A stretch of 63,005 nucleotides of DNA, filler included, from Choristocarpus tenellus KU-1152 (taxonomy: Eukaryota; Protista; Phaeophyceae), in the NCBI GenBank assembly GCA_964200185.2. It is 11 parts of 11 records of this genome, joined end to end, with 100 filler letters (N's around TTAATTAATTAA, not from the genome) between each part and the next. Parts side by side here need not be neighbours in the genome. Positions count along the whole stretch, not along the records: positions 10,108 to 14,270 come from CAXNAD020015899.1; positions 14,371 to 17,797 come from CAXNAD020020102.1; positions 17,898 to 26,230 come from CAXNAD020004845.1; 8 more parts are not named here. One strand, given 5' to 3'. The translations under genes and the position numbers were made by a program. Of this stretch, positions 10,108 to 24,470 are shown piece after piece. Every line of letters begins with the position of its first letter. Positions within the stretch are counted from its first letter, which is position 1. The notes under the pieces were generated by a model. It had not been told where the DNA came from and ran no database searches. It saw only the letters and a list, made by a program, of their open reading frames with translations.

Positions 10108-13100
10108 GGGGGTGGCTTTTGTCGCCTGCGTCGCCCCCTGTGTTGCCCCCTCACCAGCCCGCCAACAATGATGCGCTGGAGCTTTCTACCAATGACGCTT
10201 CAGCGACCAGCGCCAAGCTTCGCCGAGGATGGGCTCAACCCATCCCGGTCAACGAACAGGGTGACTGCTGCAAGCGTTTAGCCTGTGTGAACAAGTTCGC
10301 GGCAGATAGTGAGTCCTTCCTTGCATGCACGTTGGCCAAAGAGCAGGACATCATCCGGGCGTGTGAGAACCGCTGCAATCGCAAGCACTTCGTTGGCGAC
10401 CGCGTACCTGTGATTAAGTTGGGACCTGGAGGCGGATCTATGCTCGCGGCCGGCATTCCCGTCTGTACGCAGTTTTTCAAGGCATCGTTCGGGATATCCA
10501 ATCATGTCATCGACGCTTGCAAAGGCACACCTAACACAAGAGCATCCACCGGCGTGGAGAGGTGGGTTTGATGTATGTACACAGTGTTATTTGTACCCGG
10601 TATATTTTTCCCCCTGCTTGATGATTGAACAGTAGTCCTATCTCAGAACAATGTAATCCGACCGTACTCACCACATTCACTTTGTAGTTGCCACGCCTAG
10701 ATGTCTGATGTACAAAGTTAGAGATCCCTCCAGCGTGGAGTTATGTGTTACCTATGTGTGTGTATACACGTGCGATATGTGTATTTATGCTTCAACAATA
10801 TCATCTCATCCGGCCGTCCCCGTGCTGCTGCAGCAGTTACCACGCGTAAATATCTACAGAATTAGAGATCTGCTGCTGGCATACGATCCCTCTAGGATTC
10901 CATCCCCCGTCCCTTGTATCCACCTCCAACACATCTCCCATCCATTTATATACATGCATGCGCTACTGGAACAGGAATGGCACGAACAAAGATAAGGACA
11001 TGGCTCCGAAGCGAGACCTGGTGATGTCCTGGATAGACTACTGGGCTGATACATACGGGCAGTTCATGCGTCACAAGTCCACAATTGTGATCTATGCCGC
11101 GAACAAAGAGGTAGTTTTGCCCTTGGTTGTGGAGAGGTTGGCCGCACCTTGTGTTGGAGTTAGTTGCAAACTGTGTGACCCAGCAGTACGTAGAAGAAGT
11201 GGATCGAAGGAGTATTTCGAGTGGTGGATGTTTATTACTTTGACCAGTCAGATATTATGGTTAAAAGAACATGTGAAGATTCGTACCAAGGGCTATTTTT
11301 TTTGTTTGCTATGTCGAGACTACAATGTTGATGATGATACTCTTCGTCGCTTTTACGAAGGAAGACACAATAACTGTTATTTCAACGCCGTGTACACCTA
11401 CTCTGCGGCCCCGGGCCCGGTCTGACATTGGTAGCAAAAGTGTGTACTTTGTATGTCTAAAGTGCTTCACAATGATGATGATGATGATGATGATGATGAG
11501 GATGGTAGATTCGCCTCCTTTGCCGCCTCTGCAAACGGCAGCAAGACCCGAACCGAATGACGCTCATGGTAGATTTAATCAGATCAATGTATTTGCTCTT
11601 TTGTAAGGCACAATGTAAGCTTGCTTGATCCTGTCTTCCGCGTTCTCAGTCAAGTTATTGGTCAGCCCGCCTTCGAGAGATGTTGCAGGGGTGTTCTTTG
11701 AGTGTTCCTTCTCAATAACTCCTCACTTGCCCACATAACCAACATTTTTAATTAGGAGCTATGCAAGGATTTTTGCAAAGAGGCAATGCGGGTGTATCCT
11801 GACGACCCTTTCAAGCGAGTAAGCAAGGAGTACTTCCTCCGATTGCTCAGAGAGGACAGGCCCAACATCCGGGTGAGGGTAGGAGGTGAGTTTATGAAAT
11901 GTGACATATGTGTCACGTTAAAAGAGAAGCGGCACGGTGCGCCTGGTGTAAAACCCACGAACGACTCCACCATCCTCGAGTCCATCGATAAGGAGCTGTC
12001 AGACCATCGACAGGTAGGTGTCCAGCGTTAATTTTGCAACAAGGGTACAGTGACAACATGTCGCCGTCATTGCCCTCCGTTTTGAAGTAAATCTGTGTCT
12101 TTTTTGCGAATGAAGACTCTCACGTAGGTGTTTATGGCAGCAGCAGTAGCCTCACTCACCACAAAACTTGCTGTTATTAGCTGCCCAAACACCTTGTAAG
12201 ACAGACAGCTTCCTGGTAGTGTACAACGGGCTGTGGGAGGGACAGGTCATGTAGCGGTCTTCCAGCCCGGTACGTGCGTACTTCCTACCATCCCGATAAC
12301 CCTGTGTTTGTCTTGAACGCAGCAATAAAAAACATATCCCAATACAAACATCTATTGCTACCCAGATTACATTTTTGTCACTAACCTGATACGTGTTAAC
12401 AAGAGGCTTTTTTTTTTTTTAACTCTGAGCAGATATATTTGATTAATTCACGTGATGTTGCTGTCCCCCGTTCGCCAGATTAGCAAAGCGGATCGGCTGG
12501 TCATCGCCAACAGCACCAGCAGCGCCATGCGGGCCAAAGCCGACGGCAAACGTCTCGGCTTCGTGTTCATGTCCGTAGACGCCGCGAACTAGACAGCACA
12601 CGCCCTCCCAGCACTTTACCCACCTACCCACGGCGGTGACAGGTAACCACACACACGCATAGTCCATCTGACAAGAACTTTGCAGCCGCACGCGGAACAG
12701 AATAGATGACCATGTCTTATTATACGAATGAGTGCAAAGTCCCAAGAAATAATCGCCAAAACAAACGCACATAATTCCACTACCTATTCCGTTCATCATG
12801 ATGACCTTTCTTTACATGTTCCTTTCGATCATGTCCCCCTTATCAGGAGCTACTCCGAGCGCCAGAAGATCATGGCCGCACACGTCAAAGGCCAGTTCGC
12901 GGAGGTGTTCTTCACTCCTATCAATCTCGGAGGAGGTACATACTGTAGAGTAGCGTAAGAGCTAATCAACGGGTGGTGGAGACCGCAGACATGTACATCA
13001 GCCGTATGAGTGTATGTCCTCTACATTGCATAAACAAATTACATTTACCCCTCTTTTTAGCTCCAAATAAACAATGCGTAAATGAGCAGAGTACTTTTTG

Positions 13101-14259
13101 CCAACAGTTGTTGAACATCATTGCTCGCACAGGTTGTAACCTTGTCTGCACAGCCACCCAGCTTGCCCTCACAAGGCTAATCGACAAGTACCACAAAAGC
13201 CTCGATGACGCGGGGAATTGCATCATCCAGCACGCGCATTGGCAGGTAAGAAGGTTTCATCTTGACACGACCTACTCAACACATACTCGCTGAATACCAT
13301 TCACCAAGTAACTAACTGCACGGTCTTTAGTTTTGGTTTGTGTGTTGCAACCTGCATGTATGATGGCGGTGATGTAGAGATTGCGCTCTAGCAATACTGG
13401 AAACCTACCCTGTTCCTCCACGAAACGCGGCGAAATGGGCTGACATATCGGCCTCACGCCTATCCCTCCCTCGCTCCCAACTCCCCAAATTGGCCAGGTC
13501 GACAACTGCGTCTCAGAGAACAAGAACAATTTCTTTCTCGGATACACAGGGCTGTTGGTTGTGGCGAGTATCATTCGTGTGGTCGAGATACATTTTATGG
13601 TGGGGCACACGCACATCAAAATCGATCAGATCTTCTCCAGGTAATTAGGCAAGATATATATGCAAGTTCGATAGCCACATAGTGTTTTTATACGGACAGA
13701 TACTGCCTCCAGGCTTGCAGCTCACGCTTGTTGCATTCCTGGAAGGTGTATGGTCGTACGCTGAAATTGATCGATTGGCTTTTGATTTCCTCACAACGAA
13801 ATTGAACGATAAGAGCAGCTGCCAAAACTGTAACATACTCTCGAAACAAAACAATGAAAAACAATGTGCGCATCACCCGTTTTTATATCTATACTTCCAT
13901 ATAGATGCATCAGAGCATGTGCCTGCATATATGTCTTGTTTCTCCACTTCGCTTCTTTCGCCCCCGCCTCGAAATTAACTTGCTTGCATTTCACCTTCAG
14001 GTTCTCACATGGAATTAAAGGCAAAAACATATTCACAAGAACACAGCTGGGTGAAGAGCTGCAGGCCTCTTACACGGAGGTTCCAGTATACTACAAGACC
14101 CTGCGGAACAAGGGCAATTTCAAGGGACTCCTTCGCGGTCGTGTCAACCGTGTCCCCAACATCACGAGCAACAGGGCTTTTCGCGTTGAAAAAGGCGGTG
14201 ATGGGCGAGTGAAGGTTAGCGTAAAGCGATACATGCACAGCACCGAATGGGTGGGATAG
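10108..14259 (+). pseudogene. Intron-containing DDD transposase of the Sola/DUF7869 type, with an in-frame stop
   Basis: GT-AG exons are ~10108-10561, 10975-11109, 11756-12013, 12479-12642, 12847-12935, 13133-13245, 13498-13640 and 14001-14259. Motifs are FMKCDIC, FMSVDAAN*, QVDNCVSENKN and FMVGHTHIKIDQIFSR. The in-frame TAG is at 12590-12592. Confidence 0.8.
11472..11498 (+). repeat. (ATG)n microsatellite in an intron
   Basis: About 9 consecutive ATG units. Confidence 0.9.
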
Positions 14260-15033
14260 GCGGAGACCTTNNNNNNNNNNNNNNNNNNNNNNNNNNNNNN
14301 NNNNNNNNNNNNNNTTAATTAATTAANNNNNNNNNNNNNNNNNNNNNNNNNNNNNNNNNNNNNNNNNNNNGGCTGGGTCTGCTCGTTGGATGTGGGGGGT
14401 GGTGGGCAAGGGATGATTCTATTCAAAAATAGGATAGTCGATCGTGGTCATTACACCATACGAGATGGTGCTGCTGATGTTGATTCTCATATGGTCCAAC
14501 AACCAGCTTGGAAGTACATGCCATAAATCAGGCGATCACCGAACTGCACAGGAGGGGACAGGCTGGGTTGCTTGTAAGGGTCACCTAGAGTGGGAACTTT
14601 GTGTGTGCACAAGGGTTTAGGTGTGCCTGCGCATACTTGCGTGTAATGGTTAATGCAAAGTTGGAAATGATGTCCGCACTCCAGAAAACAGTGCTACTGG
14701 GCCCATGGGGTTACTATGGAGCGCAATAGGGAAATTTAAGCTCCTACCAGGTTAAACCACTTGACACATCAAATGGAACATGTCGGCAGTGCATGGCACA
14801 GTGTACTAAAATATAAAGTGACCCTAAATAGGCTTCCAACGTGGGTGAAGAAACACGGTGCAAAACTCTCTCCAAACACCCCGGCCGTGCAACACAGAAG
14901 GCTCATTCCCACAACAGAATTTCCTCTATATCTCCACAAGCAGATACAAAGGATTAAGACCACAGTGCCTGCCCAACCACCCTCTCCCCCCCCCCACCCA
15001 TTGTCCCATCTGCTTCATCCACCAACTTCTCAC

Positions 15034-17401
15034 CTAGGCAAAGGGGTTTCAATACTAACAGCGATCTCCGCAGGGATCTCCCCCTCTTCCACTGCTGAAT
15101 CTCTTTCAACCGCCTTAGCCTCAGAATCTTTCTCATTGTCCACCTCATCATTCATCCAACGAACAGGGGTAGCCCTAACCCTTGCCTTCAAATGTCCAGC
15201 ACCGCGAGCTTCTGCAACGGTGCCTTTTCCTAAGTCCGGCAATGCCCTCTCGGTTACCAAAAGCGAGGTGTTGCTGTCATGCTTACTCTGATCCCCCTTA
15301 TCACCCCCTCCGTCTGCACCCGTCTCCTTCCCATTTTCCATTTCCATCTTGACTTCACCATGTTCTTTCTCCTCACAGGAACAACCTTCACCCTCACGAA
15401 CTACACCTGTGGCTGCTGGCTCGGTGACTTTTTCCGGCCCCCCCTCCACCTCCGTCGTGTCTTGTTCTGCCTCCACCTTGGCAGCCGCGTCTTTTACCTC
15501 TGTCTCTATTCTCTCCTCTTCCAATGCTGCTGTCACGTTTACTGGCTCCACCACAACCGATGAACCTCTTGTATCCTGCAATCCCACTCCCCATGCCAAT
15601 GCCACCATCCCCTCATTTCCTTTGACCTTGTTTGCCTTCCGTCGATTCTTGCCCCCCTCGTGAATTTTTGACTCCTCAGTTTGCCTTATGTTTCCAGCAC
15701 TACTGGATTCGTAAACACTTGAGGAACTGCTGATTGTGGTTGTTGTCATGGGTATTCTTGTTCCATTCAAGGATTCAATCCCCACAGATCTCTCTCTAGG
15801 CCCACTCTTGACCCCTTTTCCTCCTCCTGCAGTTGGAGTCTTTCCCCGAGAAATAGAGACTAGTTTTGGGGATGTTTCCGTATCACTCCCTGCACATAAC
15901 CTGGTATCAGGCGCTGATTTTTCTACAACTGGATGGTGCAGAGAACGTGCTGCTGTGGCCATCTCCTGAAGCTTGGTCACAAAGAAGGAGCCATCCAACC
16001 CACCTGTCACAAAAAAAATAGGAGGGCATGTGGAGGGGGGCGCGAGAAAGATATAGAGATAGAATAGCAGTCTATTTCAGGAGCTTGAACAAATTATTTC
16101 TATGAGCGTATGGATAAAGGAGGAAAGAGACTCATAATGCGCAGAATTTTTTTTTCCTCGCAAAAAAACATAAGGGTGCTGCTACCTTGTATGCAACGCC
16201 TATCTTTGGAAGTGAACACACTATCCTGTGACTATACGATAGCTCACAAAGTTCACAGTTTATCTGGTACCACACAGCCCGGACTCAAAAATGAAAGATG
16301 AGCCTGGCCAATCATGGTAAGTGTTACTTGAGTGCTTCGTTCACCTTGCTTCCAGTCCGACAAGCGCGCCCTCAGCACTGCCAGCATTTCTATCGGGCCC
16401 CAACTTTCAATTCCTTCCCCCTTGTCATTGCGGTCGAGCTCGTGCCCATCGCTACTTTCTCCCCTTTCATCCATTCTTAGCGACTCCTGAATGTCATTGA
16501 ACGCTTCCCGAGCCACTTTGTCAAGTCCAAGTGACACCTCTCCAAGCGAGGAGAAGTCAGGGCCCATGGCCAGGCCATTGTAAGCAGAGTCTATCCCTCC
16601 TTCCCCTCCAGAGCGCATTTCTTCCTCGATATTCGCCAATAGGTCGTCCACTCCACCCTCACCCGAAGTCTCATTTTCAGATTGCATCATTTCCTGCTCG
16701 ATCCCAGCAAGCATGCTACTGAGCTCGTCTCCTTCGACCACATTGTCTCCTTCAGATATACTACTTCTCCCGCTTAAGACAGGTGGATTGAACCCTGCGA
16801 CGTTGGTCTTCACCTTCGTCGATACACCCTCTTTCCCTTCCCTGTCAACATCACTCTCCTTGTCTCTTGTCTCCTTAGTCACTACAATACCATTGAGAGT
16901 GGAAGAATTCTCAACAGGAGTTGTGCCGACGGATAGAGCGCTAGACCCTGAGGTCTCGGGTCGCTTCCAGGAAGTCACCCCAGTGGCAGTGTTCCAGTAA
17001 TATACCTCGCCCTCGCTGTCCTTGCACTGCTGCCAGTCAAGGGGAAGGGGAGGACTCTCCCCTACACCATATCTCTCCTTATCCCAATCCCCAGCACCAA
17101 CCCCTTTCAAGCCCTCATTTCGGTAAGTTCTAATTTTTTGCCTAGCATCGAATTTGGTAGACTTGCCACCATCGTCTTCTGAATCAGAACCATAGTGTAC
17201 GAGGTTAAGTGGAGGTTTACGCCCCCCATTCTCGTGTGAAGATGGGGCTAAGTTGTCAACATTTTTTTGGTCTTTGTCTTCTGCTTCCCCAGCACCTCTT
17301 CGTGCAGATCTATCTCCCACAACGACTATCTCAGGTCTTTCTACGCTTGGACGACCTAAGCCACGACCTCTCCCGCCCGTTCCCACACGTCTTCGACCCA
17401 T
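15034..17401 (-). CDS. WW-domain protein, acidic/low-complexity (FNBP4-like architecture possible), 3' end unresolved
   Basis: Exon 17401-16345 contains the canonical WW motif PLPLDWQQCKDSEGEVYYWNTATGVTSWKRP and LVHYGSDSEDD. A phase-compatible GT-AG intron leads to exon 16003-15034, which ends in TPLP, possibly the start of a second WW domain. Confidence 0.75.
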
Positions 17402-17920
17402 ACCACAAATAATGGAGATTTTTTTGTGTTGACCTTTGTGTGACCTATAGCTCTAGAGCGACAAAAACTCTGGGGCTTCCATGTGTTAATATGGAAGTAG
17501 TTTTTGGATATACCTTTTACACTCCTACTACTATTAAGCCTGTGAATGATAACCATATTTTTTATTTTTGCGATCGTCTCTCACCCCACATCATTGTACC
17601 AATGTGAAGTTTGTGACCCCCAACCAACACCACACTTATCTCTACAACAGGACTTAATTACTACTAGAAGCCTTTTTACGACGTCCATGACGATGAGAGA
17701 ATAATGGTTGGTATTGAGCTTTTCGTAGAGTCTACGATACAGCCCCCCCCCCCCCCCCCCCCCCCGCCCCCACACCCCCCCCCCCCCCCCCGAGGGGNNN
17801 NNNNNNNNNNNNNNNNNNNNNNNNNNNNNNNNNNNNNNNNNTTAATTAATTAANNNNNNNNNNNNNNNNNNNNNNNNNNNNNNNNNNNNNNNNNNNNGGG
17901 GGGGGGGGGGGGGGGTGGCT

Positions 17921-17961
<41 letters not shown>

Positions 17962-20900
17962 GGGGAAACGAGAAGGGGCAGATGGTGATGCCAGGGGTGG
18001 GATGAGCTCGAGCCAATGGTGCTATGGGCAGTTATGGGGGATAGAGGAATGGTGAGGCCCGATTGGTTGCAAGGAGCTCAGGGGGATGGGGGTGTGGAAA
18101 TGTTGGGTTGTTGGTGGTTGCCAGTCTGAGCCCACACCTTCGGTGTTGATGGTGTGTGGTATTGATAGAGTGCGCTTCGGGCATGGCGTGTTGGTTTTGC
18201 TGATGTAAATTGACTCACTATTTTATTTTTGTGTTGTTGGAGAGTTTTTTTTTTTGGTGGGGGGGGGAGGTCGGAGATTTCGTAGGCCATCCCATAGACG
18301 AGAGTTGAGTGATCCTATATTGAAAATGCTACATGTGCTTCCAAATGTGGTGGATGCAGTCTCGAACATTTTTTGTGCAAATTGCAAGAATCAAGTTTAC
18401 CAGCGACTCCCAGTCATCTCAACGGGTGTACATTTATGTTGTCCCCTTTCCTTTGCACACACATACATACATACATACACGCATGTTCTCATGTATACAC
18501 TACTACTCTAATAAATGATGGCAGGCAATCGAACTTGTTGACTTTGTAGACCCCTAATGGTATATGCCCTTCCAACAACCGACCACTCTATGTGACATGC
18601 TGACGATCGTCTCTTCAGGTTGCCATCCAGGACCATCACGGAGATAGAAAAGAAGAGGGATGAAGAGGAACCAACGGGGACTGGAGATATCGAACTTTGT
18701 GGGTGAAAGGGGTAAATGCAGTGTGGGGCGAGCTTCCACGGTACAGGGGTGCTCGAAGTCGTGGATATGATAGAAAGTACCCGAGAGCTGTGGTCGGATG
18801 CATTGTTGCATATTTCCAAGTTTTTACACCGTATCTTTTTTGTGTCATTTATCTTTGATATGTGTATTTTTTTTCCAGCTATCTCTGAGGAGGGGGGGGG
18901 GCTTCTGCTCACCTTTTGTGTTGCACTCTGACCAGAGGTCCAAGACTCTCAAATTTATTGTTGCGTTTTTGACCAGCTAAGAATTGGTGAACTAGATAAT
19001 CATATTGAACCAGGCGGTTATAACCGGGCAGCGGTCCGGTCCATGGCTTCGGGCCCCGCAGAACGAACTGCTCAAGCAGTTGTCATCCCAGGACCTGACT
19101 TCTGTCAAAGTCATGCGATCCAGCTGTGTGTTCCAGATCGGACCTTTCACACACACAAAGCACCTGGACAGTAGTCCCCTTTCATAAAGGCATTCGCAGT
19201 TGAGCTGCAGTCTGGAACGGATCTTTGACAACAACTAGCAGATGGGCTGCAGTCTGAAAAGAAACTAGGTCCAGATCAGATCTTTTGAAAACCGTACCTG
19301 TTGGGGACCTCACGTTTTCGCACTGGTATCCAGACTGAAACTGTCACTGACCATAGAGGCCCAGGGAATGTTTTGCGACCACTATTGGCGCGATGTAGAG
19401 CCCTGAATTTCTTGCTGTTCAGATCCTGCGCTGGTTTCACCTGATTCACGGTTCTTTGTTTATTTCAATCTTTTCAGTTTTTGACTTGAATGCTCTGTTC
19501 TTTTTTTGTATCTCAAAAAAACCCTGTGGCAGGAAAGTTTAATACTCCCCCCCTTTTTTTATGGAGTAAAATCTGTGTTGGATTGGGTGCTCCATGAGGA
19601 ATCTACCATCTACTGTGGTTGTCGTGGAGTCTGCCAACTATTGGAGACCCCACTAATCTCTCCACCCCAGAGCCCTCTAGATCTCTAAAGAGAGATGCAT
19701 GTGTTCCATCCTGAGTGTCTAAGAAGCCTCCTGCCCCAACCGTGCCCTCACCCATCCGCCTCCTACATGAAAATACAAAGACGTTACATTGTTTTACCCT
19801 CCAGAAGAGAGTAATCTTTCTAAAGGGCTGGAGCGAAGTGTTGAATGTTGGACATCCTGGAGGAAGACAGAGATGTGCTGAGCCATATTGAGCACCCCTA
19901 CCAGCACAACACCTTGACAAAAGGCTCTTCTATCATTTCTCTGTGCTCTAAGATTCACTCTCCTGGTGAAAATACCACATCATGCAACAGCTGAGGGTCC
20001 ATCAGTGTCAAAATAGGGCAGGCGATTGCTTGACCTCTAAGTATGGTGGCACGACTAATACAGTCCTCTACTGACTTTGAGCCCATTCAACCACCAATTT
20101 TTGACAGGAGACAACCAGTTCCCCCATCCCCCCACAAACTCGGCTTGTCCTCCATCAACCTAGTATGTCTCACTCAATTCAAAGCCCCACTCCCATTCCA
20201 CAACACCTTCCTTCATCTATGATGCATACCCCCTTTCCTTCCCCCTCCCCACTGTGTGTGTGTCTCTATGTGTGCTCATCTATTCCTCACTTTTCTTCTT
20301 TGTCTTCTCTCCCATGCTTTTTTCTTGGGAGGAGGGCACTCACGTGTGGTACTTCACTGAAATACATAGATTGATCACTTTAAGGTATGTTTAAGTAAGG
20401 CAGACTTTTTCAACTGGTACTAGTTTTATCCACAATTCTATTTCATAAGGACACATAAACACCTAAACATGGGTAGACAGCCCATGCCAAGGGTGATAAG
20501 AACTCGGCTTGTAGCTGCTGTGGTACCGTACCATGCTGCCCTGTGTAGCTACCTATGGACAGCCACACACTTGGACCTTGCTGTGTGGAGCAAAATGCCA
20601 CTGCATGATTTTCTCATCTCACACTGGGGCCACCTCTCTTGACTGGGTATAACTGTTGTTATGGTCGGTACACAATGGATCTGGAAAGGAGTGTGACCAT
20701 GGATGAGATGAGACTGTATTCGTCTTCGAATGCAACACCCCCTAGGAGGGACAAGAGTGACGGGAGCAACAGAGATAATAGCCTGTTGTTTTGTTTGTAT
20801 TACTTCTTCTCCTCCAACTTGTATCACCCTGATTACCAAATGTTTGTAGGCATTGCCAACGTTGTTCGGCTTTGGGGGTTACTCCTGGTGTCGGTACTTT

Positions 20901-22420
20901 TGGCAATGGGGTTTTTTCCAGGACAGCAAAACACAAGGGGTGGTTGGGGTGGGAAAAGACAAATTGTCACAAACATCTCAGTTCACGCTGAGAAAAACAC
21001 AAATGTTTAAGTGTGCCCGAGAATGGCAAAGCGCTAAAGCTATAGGTGTGAAGCATTGGTGAACGACCTCAGGGATGAGGTTTTTTGGGATGTGACTGGT
21101 GTTGTGAAGGTGCTGTATGTGATGCTGATGAGGGTTTGCTGGATTGTCAGAAAACACTACTATATTGAGAAACCTGGTGGTGGTGGTTATGGTAGAGGGT
21201 TGTTGGGTCATCATTTTGTACCCCTCTACAAGTATGTTGAAGTGGTACACACCCCTGTTTCTTGGCTTGGAGGTGAAGATCAAAGAGAGTGGGCTATTGA
21301 TAGCATGTACCCGCACATTGCTGCACCAAACGGTGGGTGGATACCATTGAGAACGGTTATTACAATGAGTATGAAAGTCTAGTGTTTCGAGGGGTGAAAG
21401 ACTCTTTGAGAGTTCTTGAAAGGTGAACTGTATGATCCGTAACACATGTGAATGTTACGAAGTATTCCGGACTGTTCGTTTTTGTGGCATGCGGGAGTTA
21501 CCGCCGCTTGTTTCATCTAATTGTGGTATGTCATGGTGTGTCAGGAGAATACGACAAAAAAACAGTACTGGTGGGGTGTGAGGGTGCTATATTTTGTTGG
21601 GTGTCCTTCTCCAACACAATCTCTTACTATTTCATCACATTATTAGACGAGGTGGAAATGGCTTTCTTGAATGGTTACGCTTCAAGATCAGTGGTGCAGA
21701 CAGGTACATCAGATGAGTCTTTCAAATATTGGTGTGTGCCCTATGTTACTCCTATTCTATACCCCACCAACTGCCTGTTGTAACACTATAGAAACACTCT
21801 TACTTCATCCTTGAGTAAGGAACACGGCAACACGAGAAACCATGAGCGTGTGGATATACATGGTTATAAAATGTAATTTTTATAATCTATATTGCAGGCA
21901 TTCTCTTAGAGCAAGTCCACCTAACTTCGAGGTAATTCAGGCCTTCGCCTGCCTTTAAGTGGACATGCTTCAGCAAGCCACAAGTTCGAGGTTGTGTTGC
22001 ATTACGATTGTGTGTATCCACATATGCCCTCACACTTAGAGACACATAACGGTGAGGTTATGGCGATTGAGGCACATAAGAAACCTTTGAGTTTTGGTAA
22101 GCATGATCTACCTAGAACAAACAAACCAAACCTGTCTGATCTCGTGACCATTAGCACCCCTTTGCATTGGCACATCATGGGCATGTGCGATTCCAATGTG
22201 AAAAAATACGTAAACTGGTTGGTGGATTTCTTATTTCCATATACATGTATAGGGAGGGGGTGGGAAGGAGGATCCTCTGTCCAGTCCATACAAGAAAGCT
22301 TAATGTGCCCTATATGTCGTATACTTAAAAGTATTGGTAAATAATTGTTCTGCTACATCACAATATATACATGCACAATTAACTACACACATGATGGGGA
22401 TACAGTGACTACCGCTTTTC

Positions 22421-23620
22421 TTATTTCAGAGAAAAAAAAATGAACTGTAGGATTCGTAACACCTTGCCCAGATTTTTTCGAAACACACGTATTCTATTCC
22501 CAGGGTTGGTAACACCCAGCCTATTTGGACCAAAAGAGGTACAGGAATTGGGCTTATGTGTCGGACTGTTTACGATTATCTTGTTTAATGCGTCTTCCTT
22601 GGCAAGCATGTCTTGTTGTAGTTCCAGAAATCCTGTGTGGATTTCAAATAGTTGACAGCATGGTGAATGAAATATAGTGCCATACTTCCACTTGGACGTT
22701 GCAACAAGATATTCTGCTTAATTATCATTCGAGATCCTACACCCTCCACACCTCAGTTAGCCCACACCTCTATGGCGTTTTGTTTCAGTGTTAGTTTTTG
22801 TGTTCAGAAACGCCTGGCAATTATTGGTAGCATTGGTGGTAGGGTGAAGTTAAGGGTTACTTTCAAACGAAGTTTTAGATAATCCAGATGGACAAAGCTC
22901 ACTGCAACCGATTATCAATGAATTTTCGTTGATCAAGTCATTTTTTCATTTGAACAAGTGCTGAAAACTATTCCAATATCCAATAATGAGCCACCAACCC
23001 GTCAATCCATGGATATTGAAGCAAGTTGGAAAGGTTGGGAAGGGGTTCTCAACAAAAGCAGTACTCTAGAGAAGATCCTCTAGAAAAGTAGCCACCACAA
23101 GAATTTACACACAGAACTTGTACCCCCCAAGTTTCCACACTTCTTTCATCTATATTGTTGTAACTATAATGAGTTGGTGGGTAGTTGTGATGTGTCGTGC
23201 ATATCAACACACCTGTCACTGAACCTTTTGGTACTCCGCGTATGCAACACATTTTGATTTGCTAGCTTCAATGTGGTGTGCCAACTTCAAAGGAACCAGT
23301 GCAATTGTGACATTTGATCAAGTTTGCCATAAATTGTAGCAGAAGTTCTGGGGTTCAGTTGTGAAATATTCTGTTGCCAGGGTGTTTCTCCTCAACGAAT
23401 GAGACAGAGCAGTAGGATGCATATGTTTGTCAGGGTATTTTTGGAAGAATCAAATATCGCTCTCGCACTTAATGCTGTCACGGAAGTGCAGAATGCTGAC
23501 GTTGTCTGTTCTTGCTGGCTCCTCACTCCATTCCACTCACCGATCCATGAAGAAGCCCCATAGTGTCTGAACGTGTCTCCCACTCCGATATTTGTGGGTT
23601 CAAAGCCTCAGCCTCGTTAG
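22421..23620 (-). pseudogene. Decayed Cys/His-rich ORF of unknown, probably TE or viral, origin
   Basis: Reading through several TGA/TAG stops gives protein-like sequence including MANLIKCHNCTGSF...KMCCIRG...CTTHH and LLQYPWIDGLVAHYWILE. I could not recognise the family with certainty. Confidence 0.35.
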
Positions 23621-24343
23621 ATTGAGAATCCAGTCATATCAACCCCTCCCAACCTACTGCTGTGTCTCCGACTCCAGGTAACAGGCAAGAGAGGAATAAA
23701 GAAGCAGAAAGTATAAAACCATCCCACGTCGGGAAAGCCAATCAGGGCAATATTTGCTACATCAATGCCCTGGTCCAAACACCCTACCATGTGCCACGTC
23801 TGAGAGGTAGTCCTAAAGGCTGGCAAAGAAAGGTCGCATAGAGTTGAGTTATTGTCAAGACCTCTTTCACACACCTTCCTTCACCTTCCTCTGTCTGCTC
23901 TTATCTTACTGATCTTGGCAGACAACATTTCAGCCCCAAGGTGAGTCCTCCTTCGCCAATCTACCAGACTTCTTCTCTCAGACATGGCACGTGTTATATA
24001 GTCTGGAAGAGGGCATCAACGTAGTAATTATTGGTCTGGTTGGCTTGACCGACAGGCGATGCTTTCATAACTCCTGTTTCCTCATTCTTCTGCTGCCGGT
24101 TAGCTGACTCCGAGAGGGAGGGGAGCAGGAGGCTGGGAAAGGCTGATATGCCCCAAGTCTCGTCTAACGAGATTGGGTCATCCCTTCTCACAAAACCAGG
24201 GTGGGCCGCACTGCTAAGAGATTCCTTCACGCATCCGTATTGTAGAGGCGAATGGATCAGGAAGGACAGATTGTTGAAGACATTATAAGCGTGTTGAATA
24301 GCTTAGCGCATGAAAGATCATCGTCGAAAGGTGGTGATTGAGG

Positions 24344-24470
24344 TACATGGTGAACATAAACTAAATTATTAATTCCCCGCTGCCATTATCGCTGACGTAT
24401 GAATAACCTCCTGGTTGAGTTAGTTACATGGTGAAGATACACTAAATTCCCCGCTGCCATCATCACTCAT
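24344..24470 (+). repeat. Imperfect direct repeat (2 copies, ~45-50 bp)
   Basis: TACATGGTGAA...ACTAAATT...CCCCGCTGCCAT occurs at about 24344 and 24425. Confidence 0.7.

Noticed and set aside
15279-17000. Plus-strand ORFs opposite the WW gene (and similar shadows opposite 43588-45449 and the copia ORFs)
   Set aside because: These are antisense shadows of real coding exons.
23049-23252. RGVPKGSVTG as LINE reverse transcriptase GVPQGS motif
   Set aside because: No PLLF or YADD follows, and the context is Cys/His-rich rather than RT-like.
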